A DNA stretch of 55,008 bases, the filler included, from Streblomastix strix (taxonomy: Eukaryota): assembly GCA_008636045.1 (NCBI GenBank). It is 3 parts of 3 records of this genome, joined end to end, with 100 filler letters (N's around TTAATTAATTAA, not from the genome) between each part and the next. Parts side by side here need not be neighbours in the genome. Positions count along the whole stretch, not along the records: positions 18,374 to 36,641 come from SNRW01000623.1; positions 36,742 to 55,008 come from SNRW01000624.1; 1 more part is not named here. One strand, written 5' to 3'. A program made the position numbers and the translations under genes. The notes under the pieces are model-generated. The model saw only the letters and a program-made list of their open reading frames with translations. It searched no databases and had not been told where the DNA came from. Positions 32,010 to 44,160 of the stretch are shown here, piece after piece; position 1 is the stretch's first letter, and each line of letters opens with the position of its first letter.

Positions 32010-32179
32010 ATTCGTCCGCGCCAAATGACTATCACAATCAACGCATAAAATCAATCATATTCACTAGTCAAATGACATAGACAATTTTAGTTAATTATCC
32101 GCATCACTGATCAGTAATTCTGCCGTGGGAATTGGAATCATTCATCCGCGCCAAATGACTATCACCATCAACGCATAAA
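32010..32179 (+). repeat. Two 40-bp direct repeats 130 bp apart, upstream of PolB
   Basis: attcgtccgcgccaaatgactatcacaatcaacgcataaa (32010) vs attcatccgcgccaaatgactatcaccatcaacgcataaa (32140); 2 mismatches. Confidence 0.9.
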
Positions 32180-32294
32180 TAAATTACTACAAAAAGGAAT
32201 ATAATCGTAAGATTCTAAATCCAAAGGATGTATTTATAGGTAAAATTAATATTATTATCTATAATGATTATTTATTTTTTTTATTTCCTAATAA

Positions 32295-35200
32295 ATGTCT
32301 AAGCTGACAAAACCACAAATTTTTTAATTAATGGCTATTGTTAGACCAATCAATGAATCAGATAAATATGGTTCATTATACACTGAATTAGTTACTAAAT
32401 TAAAGGATTTAAATTATACTGGAAGTAGAACAAACTTTGATAATGTGCGACAATTTCTTGAGTAATAATTAGGATAACCATTTCAATAACTTATGTAAGA
32501 AAATGATGTCAATTAATCAGATTTCATAGAGAAGTTGTATGATAGATAACATTAATTTTTCATTAATGAATTTGATGTTGATAGAATAAATAATGATAGA
32601 ATTAATAAAGCAAAATAGAGATTAAGAGTATATGATAGTGTTGACTAATTCAAAGTTAAACAGTTTGGTGTTGATAGGATATATAATGATAAAATCAATA
32701 AAATTAGACGTAATCTCAATCAATAAATCATGCAAAATGAAGATAATATCTCTAACGCAATTTCAACAATTGAGAATTTAAAAAGAATGAAAAAATTATC
32801 ATAAATTGCGTTACAATTATTTGATGTTGAAACTGAAGAGGATGCAATTAAAGCAATAAAGAGAGTAAGTAAATTCAAAAATAATGAAGCAATTGCTGAA
32901 GTTGTTTATGATGAAATTACTTATAAACTTCATTACTTTAATAAACTAACTCAGTAAGAGCAATTGTCTTAATATGTAGATAAAGTATATGATTCATACA
33001 AAGGACTTCCGTTTAAAGATCAAATTGATTTTGGAGTTCTATTATAAGAAAAACTTGATGGAAATAATTATAAATATTCAGCCAGAATTCCATCACTAGA
33101 TAATGCTTTCAAACATAAATAATCAACAATAAGTGACAAGAAGTCACAAGAATAATTCAAAGTAGATATGTTTAAATAGTTGAGAGAAATGATGGAACGT
33201 TCATACGAAGACACTAAAAATCTGATAGTTGGAATATTTAATGTAATGTTCGCTACTTATAAATTAATAGATACTGGAGCAAGAATGCCATATCTTGATA
33301 AGCATGTTAAATAACACTCAGTTCATTATATAGATTCAGATTATAAAATATGCTTCTTTATAGCACTATCCTATAAAATAAGAAGTGAAATTGACTCTAA
33401 AGTTAATAACAATTCAGTAATAACTTTTGCTAAATAACTATTCGCTTACTACTACAGAATTAAAGGTAAATATTAACTGTTTGAGTACATATATAATAAT
33501 GCAGCTAAGAAAAACTAATCACTTAACAAATATCTATAGGATTACTAAGGTTTCAATATCTCAACTGAAATGACTAAATCCACAGACACATTCAATCTTG
33601 TTGTTAATATATACATTTATCATGAAGAGTTAGAAGGAAAAACAGGTTAATATAGACTATTTAATTCATATGGTGAACTTAATAATGAATCAATGACTTT
33701 AGACTTGTTACTCATTAGTGATGGGACTGAGCAGCACGTAATGAATGTATCTAATGTTGAAAAGCTAACATGAGTTCATATATGCCCTTACTGCCATGAT
33801 TATGTTACAATATTATCAGATATTAACAAAAGAGCTAATGAATATTTCAATACTTATGTGGAAAAATGTAAATCATCAACTCATGAGCCATCAATCTTAT
33901 TACATGACGTTCCAATGCCAATATGTCCCGCGCTATTAAATCACCCTACTACAGAGTATTTAATGGCAATGGGACTAATGGATCAATTTAAAGCATAACG
34001 AGGTTTTATAACATATGACTTTGAAACATTAAGTGATTAAGTTATGAAAGAGATAACTGATTAAACAATATTACTCTCACAATTATCTAAATTATTAATT
34101 GCGTCAACAGAAGTATATCCAAACAGAGACAAATCATATGAATTAGTTAACAGGTGTTATACATTATTCGATGAACTATCTGAGAATTATTAAGAGTAAT
34201 TAGAAAATTATGGATTACCATCCAATTCATCATTTGTTCATCTATGGCTTGCATAAACATTTGAATCAGCAGAATAGATATATTAGTGTATAAAGTATGA
34301 TGATGAAAATATTCCTTTTGACAAATGTGTTAAAGCACTGGGATGGAATAGTTCAAGATTTGATATTGCTCTGTTATCGGATGCATTAGACTGTGAACTT
34401 TGGACAATGGGTGTACCAATTCGCGATCTCAATAATACTAAATCAATTACGGTAACACACAAGAAGTCACATATGAAATTACAGTTCATCGACACAGAGA
34501 ATCTATTCGGTCCAATGATATTAAAGGCATGTGTCAAAGATTATGGTGATAAATCTGAACATAAAGATGTATTTCTTTATGAAATTATTAACTCAAAGAA
34601 TTGGAACGAAGTATTAATGAAAACGGATCCATTTGAATATGAAGATTTCAAATCATAGCTCAAAGAAGGTTATTCTATCACTAAAGATGAGTATGATTAA
34701 TATTTGATAGATTTTAAGAGATTCACCAAAAGATTAGAATATCTCAAATACTATAACATTAATGATACTGAGATTATGGTTAAGCCATTAATGAATTTAA
34801 TTGATACATTTGAATAATTCAATATTGATGTTTTACACTATATCTCAATTGCCTCATGTGCATATGCAACGAAGCACTATTCAACATACTTTCCTTCTAA
34901 ATTCAATCTTGAAAGTAACAAATAGACATATTACTCTGATTTTGATATCACTGCTGACTATTCCAATCCAAATCCTAAAGCTAAACCTTTTGAACTAACA
35001 GCAGGGTATTGGAAAAATAAATGTTATCACTATAAATAATAAGATTATAAAGCGGGTAGAGAAACAGAGAAAAACGTAACAGCTGATGACTATGATTATT
35101 ATAAGAGGTTATTTGAAACATCAGTGTGTTCAATTTGTAATGCAAAATTCACTTATGACAATCCTCCAAGCTTAGATAGATAAGACAATGAACTTCCTCA

Positions 35201-36540
35201 TACGAAGGCTAACTGTTTACCTACATGTGTTACATGTAATATAGCTCATGCAAATAGAGATCCAAAAATAGCATCATTACATATCAAGATGAGATAGTAT
35301 GCAATTAAACACAATTTACCTATGACAATAAGTGATGAGAGAGTATATAAATTACTTCGAGAGTGTATTACAGGTGGACTCGCAGCGGTATTTCTTAGAG
35401 AGAATATTGCTGGTAAAACTCACATAAATGAATTAACTTATGATGAATAATAAAACAAAGTGATCTCGTAAGATAATGAAAATGTTGTTACACATATATT
35501 TGCTCTTGACGGTAATAGTCTTTATCCCAGTTCATATTCATCAGTCAAAAATGAAAATATCCCTTACACAGATCATAGAATGTATATGGCTGGAAGATCG
35601 AAATTCTATTCAGAAAACCCATACGTGATCAAAAACTGTATAGACTAGAGAAAAGAGATATTTGTAGCAAAAGTCAAAAGCTACTTTCCTAAATCAGAGT
35701 ACAATAACTTACTTGCGCTTCCATTAATCTTTAGAAATATTGAGATTGAAAACAAGGAAGAGGTTATAGGTGAATATATGTATTCATAAGCACAAAAGCA
35801 TTCACTTCCAATGTCAAAGAAAGATAGAAAACTAACTACGTTAGTCGATACTAATGGTCAGTTTATGGTATTCAATAACTATTATCTTTGGTTACTCATT
35901 GATCTCGGTTTCGTGATTACTGACTATAAGGCTATTGCAGTCTTTGAGAAAAATGCGGCATATGAACCATTTGTTAGAACAATGATGAACTTATGGATTT
36001 AATCTATATTATCAGGGTCATCTAAAGAGAAATTTTATAGGCTTATAATTAACGCATCATATGGATATGATACACTAAATACAGAGAAATTTGGTAAGAT
36101 AAAGATGTTAGATAAAGCTGGTACTTTCATCGCATAATATCATCCTAAACACATAGGTACCAGACGGATTAGTGCTAATACATTTGCAGTATAAATTAAG
36201 CCTAAGACAGCTACTTATTTTACATCAATTCAATCAGGAGTCTTTACACTAGATAATGCGAAGTACTGGTATCTCAATTATATATAAGTTCATGTATAAA
36301 TGTCTTGACCGTAAACGATTTCATTTTGTTCTTGCAGATACTTATTCAATCTATATCGCAATAGCAGGAGACAAAGATAAAGACTGTCATTAATAGGTTG
36401 ATTCAATAATAACAGATAAACAGTTTTATGACTAACATGTATATTAGTATTTACCTGATCCTAATAAAGATATCTATGACTATAAAAGATACTTGGATTT
36501 GGTATTGAAAATGAAGGATATGAACTTACATCATTAGGAC
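32295..36540 (+). pseudogene. Protein-primed family B DNA polymerase of Polinton/Maverick-like type with OTU-like N-terminal region and HNH/EndoVII insert; lightly disabled, 3'-truncated
   Basis: One intronless frame 32295-~36285 using TAR=Gln. ICFFIAL (33351), QHVM, CPYC, ExoI ITYDFET (~34010), ExoII GWNSSRFD, ExoIII YYNINDT, CSIC..SLDRQDNELPHTKANCLPTCVTCN, ITGGL, motif A LDGNSLYPSS, motif B RLIINASYG, motif C ADTYS. TGA at 33771; frameshifts at ~36285 and ~36487. Confidence 0.88.
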
Positions 36541-36641
36541 CGAATAGATTCTCTGTGTCGATGAACTGTAATTTCATATGTGACTTCTTGTGTGTTACCG
36601 TAATTGATTTAGTATTATTGAGATCGCGAATTGGTACACCC
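36537..36641 (-). other. Exact 105-bp inverted copy of 34409-34513 at the contig end (probable amplification or assembly chimera)
   Basis: Base-for-base reverse complement; junction microhomology tcatt(a)ggaccg. Confidence 0.9.
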
Positions 36642-36741
36642 NNNNNNNNNNNNNNNNNNNNNNNNNNNNNNNNNNNNNNNNNNNNTTAATTAATTAANNN
36701 NNNNNNNNNNNNNNNNNNNNNNNNNNNNNNNNNNNNNNNNN
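36642..36741. other. Artificial contig linker N44-TTAATTAATTAA-N44
   Basis: Same structure as 18274-18373. Confidence 0.97.
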
Positions 36742-38176
36742 GTCTTATGATTGTTAATAACAGTGAGGACAATATTTTTATCTAGTTAACCCATCTGTAT
36801 TAGTAGTATAGAATACATGATAAATTTCTTAATTATCGTTAATTTATGAGACTAATAGAATGTTAAATATTGGAAGTGTTTCATCTGATTATTCTTCTTA
36901 TTATTATATTTCAGCATTATCATCAATATAAATGTTCTTATGCTTGGTATAATTCAATTTCTTTCCAAAATAATTGAATTTATCATCATTATCGTAATAA
37001 AAGATGTTAACATTAATCTTCTTCTTAAGAACGAATTTATTTAACTCATCAAATGTATCAAATCCTTTGTAATCGATAATGATAGTATTGTATTACTTCT
37101 TCGTCAGATTATAGAATTCTCTTAGTTATTTTTTAGCCTCACATCTAATTTGACATGGATATACTTTACCATTTAATAAGAATCTTGCGTATGATAACCA
37201 GAAGCAATTATTCCAATCGGATTAGTGATAGGATAGTTGATTTCTATGAGCTTCATAATGCTAGTTAATTAACTCTTAAACACATTATCCAGCTAAAGGA
37301 AATAAGCTATCCTTTACCATCATTGAATATATACCTATATATCTATATTTAGTTGATTCCGTTGTCTTAAATTCTTACATCTCAATTATACAACTATTGA
37401 CGAATTACTTATACTATGCTATTGATTCTTCGTTAGTAATCATAACTGGTGCGTATTATTATATGATTTTTTTTAACAGTGGTTAATGAATGTAGATAAT
37501 ATTACCACATGATAATTCCTCGCTAATTGTACCAAATAAGAATTGTATCTTAAATGTTCTTCTATTGTTTTCGTTATATACTATATCAATTGTATTGCTA
37601 ATATCTTATGTTGATATCATTTAATTATCAAAGTATTTAATTGATACATCATCATATTCTTTTACTATTGCTTCAGTATCATATCTTTATCTTGCTTTAA
37701 ATCTCGCTTGTCTACAAGCATCATTATATTATGGTTTAGTGAACAACAAGCATTCAAAATAATTAATGTTTTCATCATCTTCTCTTATAGTTTAATCTTT
37801 GCGTTAGTTTATTTTCTCTTATACTTCATCGATCTCTTGTTAAGTAAAATGTTATAGTCTAATTATTTACTATCTAATCTATTTGAAATTTGATGCGTAT
37901 ATAATTTCTTTCTAAGCTTTGAGTAAGTCTTCTTATATGAATTGGTCTTGTAATTGATATATCTATTTTTCGAACAAAAATGATATAACCTTATTGAACA
38001 TAATTCTACCCCCTCGTTTAGGAAACTATAATTAGTCTAATAACTAATTTACCTTCAGCTTGAGCTAATTTACTGTTTCAATTGTAGAAATATCGTAAAT
38101 TTTCAAAATTGATTATAAGAAGGATTTACTTAAGGCCAATAATTATAAATATAAAATATTTTTTAATATGTTTTCA
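36742..38176 (-). pseudogene. N-terminal part (OTU-like + CxxC) of a second, divergent PolB-type polyprotein, cut by the contig edge
   Basis: DWNNCFWLSYARF, DYKGFDTFDEL...INVNIFYY, FNILLVS and YHVFYTTNTDGLTRQKYCPHC parallel YKICFFIAL, DYQGFNI...VVNIYIY, LDLLLIS and QHVMNVSNVEKLT*VHICPYC of the contig-2 PolB. The 5' part is degenerate. Confidence 0.72.
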
Positions 38177-38231
38177 TTACCTAAAGATAATTAAACAATT
38201 AGTCTCTAAGCTGCTTTGCAAAGCAAGTGAG

Positions 38232-38526
38232 AAGATACTATTGGCGAAATTGACAATATTTCTAAAATAGTAGGGCAAAAGTAAAGAATAAACCAACAGA
38301 ATTAAGCGAGTAGTTTTGAGATATAGAAACTATTATGATGAAACGTTGTATTCCTATACGTTTATTTTTAAGCATTAGTCCATGATTATTGATGATCAAT
38401 TTGTAAGTTAATTTTGAAGGTTAGTATGATATTTTAGACGTATCAGGCGAATTTAATTCTGACGCGTTTATTGTTTGAATTTGTCCACGATTTTAAAAAT
38501 AGAGCCAATTTCGCCAATAATATCTT
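38232..38526. mobile_element. ~295-bp MITE-like element with ~80-100-bp imperfect terminal inverted repeats
   Basis: Left arm gatactattggcgaaattgacaatatttctaaaatagtagggcaaa vs reverse complement of right arm gatattattggcgaaattggctctatttttaaaatcgtggacaaa. Confidence 0.75.
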
Positions 38527-38779
38527 TTAACAAACTTCATTTCAAATCCATTACTAATTTTATTTGAGTTGTTTTTAATTGAATTTTATCTGTATATATT
38601 CTAACTACACAAAATTGTATAATAAGAAACAATTGCATATTATCATATTAATTTAATCTTTATTTTGTTTTAATGAATTTTTCATTATATATTTTGTCAT
38701 CATCAAATTTATGAATTAAAAGTGAGTATAATCTATTATATATATAATTTTTCGATATATATAAATGTATTAAAGGTAT

Positions 38780-41700
38780 ATTACCTTTGGTATACGATCA
38801 TAATCTATGCGCTCTTAATTGCATTTGCGCATGTTACAATTGTTATGTTTGCTCGTTAATGTATTATCTTTCTAATCGAAAATCATTTGAAACTTATTGC
38901 AATTCCAAAATGTTTTTTGGATAATTTATTTAATTATTTGAATTGATTTGAAGTTGCTTTTATTGAAAATCGAATAAATGAGTTGTTATTAATGATATGT
39001 GTTTCTTTTATGTTTGTTTATTTTGGAATATTTTCGGTTTTGATAGCATGCTAGTTTACGTATATTTATTTGGGAATTTACTTTACGTTAATATTGCCTG
39101 CTAAATCGGTAAAAAAAATAGTTGATCAAATTAAGATAAAATAGATGAAATGGTGATATAGTAGGAGAAATTAGTTGATTTGAAAAAAAATTAAATAGAT
39201 ACTGGAAAATAGATCCAGAATATGAGTAGTATGAAGAAAAAATGAGATTAGAAATAACTTTTAAAACAAAGCAAACAACTAGAGAACTCAAGAATAAGGC
39301 TAATAGTATCATTTTTAAGGGAAATTAACAAAATTTAAACGAACTAAATCTTAATAATAGGGGGGTGTCCGATCGCAAGCAACCACCTTTATTTTTTTTT
39401 AAAATAATATAACATGATTTAAAATTAAAAAAAGTTGGAGTTGTAAAATGTTTAAAAATCCACCATGACGGAGTTGTGCGAAAATTTTTTTGATTCGCCA
39501 GCCAGCGGCAGGTTGTATATGCTCTTGAATTTTATTAATTTTATTTTATAAAAATATTTTAATTAATATTACTAATATTTGCGATATTTTTAGGCACCAG
39601 CGATGAAGAATAAATTTTTTTTATATTTTCCATTTTTTGAAACATTCATATATTTATTTTTATTATTTAATATTGAATTTGATGCTTTTTATTTACTAAT
39701 TAAATTTTGTATAATAAAATTGATAATTTATAATATATGCGACGCAAATTCGCGGTTTTATTTTTTTCATTTTCGGGCATTTGCACTTTTGTCTAAATAA
39801 GTGTAATATTTAAATTTTGTAATTTATATTTTATTGTTTATTTACATTAATTATCATAAAAAACTAAAATTAAATATTGGATGTAGTGAAAAGTAAAAAA
39901 GAAAGAAAATCTTCGTTTTCACGTACGCCAGTACCAAAAATATCACAAATATTAATATTGTTAATAATAAAATTTTTATAAAATAAACTAAATAAAATTC
40001 ATTAACATATGTAAACTGCCGATGGCTCACGATCCAAAAAAATTTTTCGCACAAATTTAATATGAAGCATTTCTGAAGATTTTACAACTCCAGCTTTTGT
40101 TTGTCTTAAATCGTATTATATTTTTTTAAAATAAAATCAGAGTGGTTGGTACTGATCGGATACACCCATATAAACAAAGAAAATATAGATCACGTAGTGT
40201 AACAGAGCTTAATATACCTATTTCAACATCACTAAGAACCTTTAGTACAAGAATAAAATAGAATAAACTCTGTATTTAAATAAAAGAACCAAGTACTTTT
40301 ATAAACAAAAACATTCATAAAGTTGGATAGAGATAGAGAAAGAAGAAACTGGAAAGAGAATTGAAACAATTTAAATAGGCCAGGGAATCTAATATTAATT
40401 CGAAGATAAAAACTTCGATCGGAATAATTTAAACACTGACAGTCCAGCTATTCAAGGAGCTATTGGTCAAATAACTAATCTGCAATCGTCAACTGATGTC
40501 TAGAGACTTGTCTCAATTGAGGAGCAGTGGCTAAAGAAGATAAAATCAATATCTGCCAGAAATAAAGAAAGCACAAGTTATTAAGTAAAAATATACTTCA
40601 GAATTTATGCAACTCGTTGTTCAAGGTTTAACATAACCGAAGTACAAAATATAATTTTGCTTGGAACTTTGTTGCTCTAGCATGATGGAAAAAAAACTAA
40701 AATTCGGGCCTTTTTTCTGAGTATTTTTAAGGATTATCTAAGAAAAAAAGAAAAATGAAACCATCTACCATTTCATATTAACAAAACATTACTTAAATTA
40801 AGATATTGAAACATAGCCTAAATAATAATACTCATTTAAGAAAAAAATTCAACTTCTGAAGATGGACCACCTTAGTGTCTTTCTTTATACATACACACTC
40901 CAATCTATGGTATTTAGCGAAGAGATAGATCTTAAGATGAAAGAAAAACGCGCGATGATAATGATAATTCCTAATGAAAAGTTGAATATATTTGGTTAAT
41001 TAATATATTAAGTGAAACAAAATAGTTTTGAAAATAAATCAAAGAAACATTTGGGTTTTTGGAGAATAATAAAGAAAAGTAATTTATAAATATTGCATTT
41101 TATGTGAGATTTATAGATTACATCAGTTAATTAAGAAAAAAAAGGATTAAAACAATTAAATCATTAATTGAAATAAGAAAAGTGAAAAAAGAAACTATGG
41201 AATGTTGAAGAAAGAATTTGAAGAAACAGTAATAATATCAATTTAATAAGATTAATTGAAACTTTATATATATTCAATCTTGATAAAGAAAATTTGCAGG
41301 ACATGGGGAATGATTCTTGAAGTGAGTAAATTGAATAAAGGATTAAAGAATCTTCACTTTAAGTTGCGTAAGATAGAAAAGTATAGTACATAGCAAAAAA
41401 AAGAATTTAGCAACCTCGATCTTCATTAATTCAGCATCTCATAATATCGCTATATCTTCAATCTCAATACCACAAATTGTATTTGACTTGGATAAAAACA
41501 ACTATTTATAAAAAGTATTGCAATTCGAAACAAAAATTAGCTTTATCTTCTTGCAGAAACGATAAAATCGCAACTGAGATTTGTTTGAATAACTAATAAG
41601 CAAATAAAGATATCTAACCACAGAAACTATATCTTTCAAATCTACTAGATTGAGAAATTACTGAAAGCTCAAAAATAAGAAATAATAGAGACTCTGGAAC

Positions 41701-44160
41701 AATTTAAAAGGACAATATCGATAAATAAATGTGAAATTGAACCATAATGAATAATAATATTCCTCGTGTTGATGTGGAACATCATAGATATGAATTTCGG
41801 AAAGAAGACTAAATGAAAATAAAAATGACCCAAGTTTTAAGAGACATGCTCAATATTCTATGCAGGATTAGATATACAAAGATATGACAATTGGAAGTAT
41901 TAGCTTGAAGATTAAGCATCCTGAGACCTCATTTCAGGAAAGCTTCTTTATTCCTAGTGAATATGAACAAAAAGAAAACTGTTGCTCTAAAAAATAAAGT
42001 AATGAAGTGATAGTTAGATAGTTAACATGAGAGAAGTTAGAGAAAAAAAATTGAAGTTAAGGAAAAAATGGAAAATCAACTATATACATTATATAAGAAT
42101 AATCATATGCATTTTCGTCAAAGATACATCAATATAGAGCAGAGGGCAATGATAATGAACGGTAACAAGGCGGAATTGATATAACACAATTGTTAAAAGG
42201 AAAGAAAGATAGAACTAAAGAGCAATGCAAAGTAAATAAAAGCTGTTTGTTAGCAGAATACTTCGATATCGATGCAATTTTACTGAAAAAAGAAGGATAT
42301 GCATTCATTGTATGTTCAGACAGTATATCAGCAGTTAAGGATATTGATAAATAAAAAATGAATGAATCACTGATTGAAAGTATTAAACAAAAATTTTTAC
42401 CTTTTGAAGAAACTCATTTTATAAAACATAATAATTTATTCCAGAAAATATGAACTTAGAAATAGATTTACTAACCAGACTTTGTTGATCGAGGAATTAC
42501 TCTAAAAAAGAATGAATAATATGGATGACATGCAAATCATTGAATTTTATGCTGACGTTATACATAGTCGCAACCCAATATAATAAACAAATTAATAACA
42601 ATATAGTTCTATATCAAAAAGATTAATTGATACACTCATTTATTTTATTTACTTCTAAAAGAAATAACACAAGACTTTGTTTGCACTCATCATCATCAAT
42701 ATTGAATAATGCATATACAAAAATGAAAACCGATAAAGCGTTGGAAATACTGATAGCTCAAGTTCGACTGAGATAGTCGTGGTATATCAAATTATGGAGT
42801 TAAAACTTGAGATATATATTCCTTAGATCTGTTTATAATATTCTATAGATGGTATAATCAATGAAATATTTGGAATTAAATTTTCTTCCATGCATTGTGA
42901 GATTCTAATTTGAAGATCAATCACAGAAATTGAAATAGAGTTACTCTTGAGATGTTTGGAAATGAAGCTATTTTCAGATAACAAAATGATTTTGATATTT
43001 AAAGGAAAAAGATTTAATAAAGTTAAAAGAGCTTTTTATTTTCTTATACTACTATAGGATTGATTAGATAGATAACGAAAGACAACACATGAAACATTGA
43101 AAAATATGTAGATGAAATAGTTACAGAAATAGATATATTTCAAACAAAGGAAATTATATCTACATTTTTTGTTAATTCAAATAATGAATGCATAATAACT
43201 ATGGTCACCCTTATATTTATTGTGAGTCTGGAAATTTCAAAAATTTCAATATTTAAAAATATAGCATTAGATAAAGCAACTATTCCTCATAGAAGATATT
43301 AAACATCTGTGACTTCAAAATATTATATAGTCGTTGAAGATAATCAAAATCAAACAAATAACAACGCAACTATAACTTGAATGCCAAAATTGTTTCATTA
43401 CTACTATCAATATGCTATTTTTTAAACAAAAATGAAATTACAAAAATTCTTTCTGAAATTATCTAGTGATAAGAAGGTAGAAGCTCTGGCTTCACTTATA
43501 TTAGTTCCAAAATATGTAACTGAAATAGATGCTTATGAAGTTTATGAAAAAATAATGAAAGCATAAATTATATATAAATAATATTCGAATGAAAAGAAAG
43601 ATTGAACAATTAATTACCAATTGTCATAGATTTCCTATAATAACATAAATGAATTAACAAATCAATAATTGAAAAAGACTTTAATTTACAATTAACCAAA
43701 TTATAAAGAGATTTGAAAATCTTTAGAGAATCAGCATACTCAATGTACCACTCCACACCTCCAAAATTAGCAAAGCTTGATAGTCAAGATAGAGATCTCG
43801 CAATCTTCACACATCATTATTATAATTCTTGTATTGTTCAAAAATACTGCATCTTCGCATCTTCAGCCTAAGTAATCAATAGGACTGGGTATTTGACATA
43901 TATTCAGGGCCATATTGGTGAAAAATAAAATTAGATATCTCATCAAAGAGGACAAACAGATAGATTTGCAAGTAGAAAATAATTATCCTAGTATCATTCA
44001 GATAAAATATAATGATTTGTTATCCTCGATTCTGCTTATCACTCCTAAGACCCTCACAAAAATTTACTCCAATCTGAAATAAGTCAGTAATAAAAATAGG
44101 AGGTTCTAACTTGCGGAATGATGCATAGGAGGGCTCAAGTTTATGAAATAATGATATGAA
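38780..44160 (+). mobile_element. Heavily degenerate tyrosine-recombinase (DIRS-like) retroelement
   Basis: RT-like ETLEQFKRTISINKCEIEP (~41690), RNase H-like SDSISAV and PENMNLEIDLLTRL, MT-like ILIAQVRLRQSWYIKL, YR-like DLAIFTHH...VQKYCIFA (~43800). Weak inverted similarity between 38797-38838 and 44105-44147. Many stops and frameshifts. Confidence 0.62.
39361..40167. mobile_element. ~810-bp non-autonomous foldback/MITE element with ~250-bp imperfect TIRs (5'-GGG...CCC-3'), nested in the DIRS-like relic
   Basis: gggggtgtccgatc...aaccac...ggagttgtaaaat...ttgtgcgaaaattttttt..gcca.cggcag..atatg...atatttgcgatatttt matches the reverse complement of ~39915-40167 colinearly. Confidence 0.88.

Noticed and set aside
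32010..32179. CRISPR-like array
   Set aside because: Only two repeats with a 90-bp spacer, in a eukaryotic context with no cas genes.
32295..38176. The two convergent PolB-type ORFs as one element with inverted arms
   Set aside because: They lie on different contigs across an artificial linker and are highly divergent; the adjacency is not evidence of linkage.
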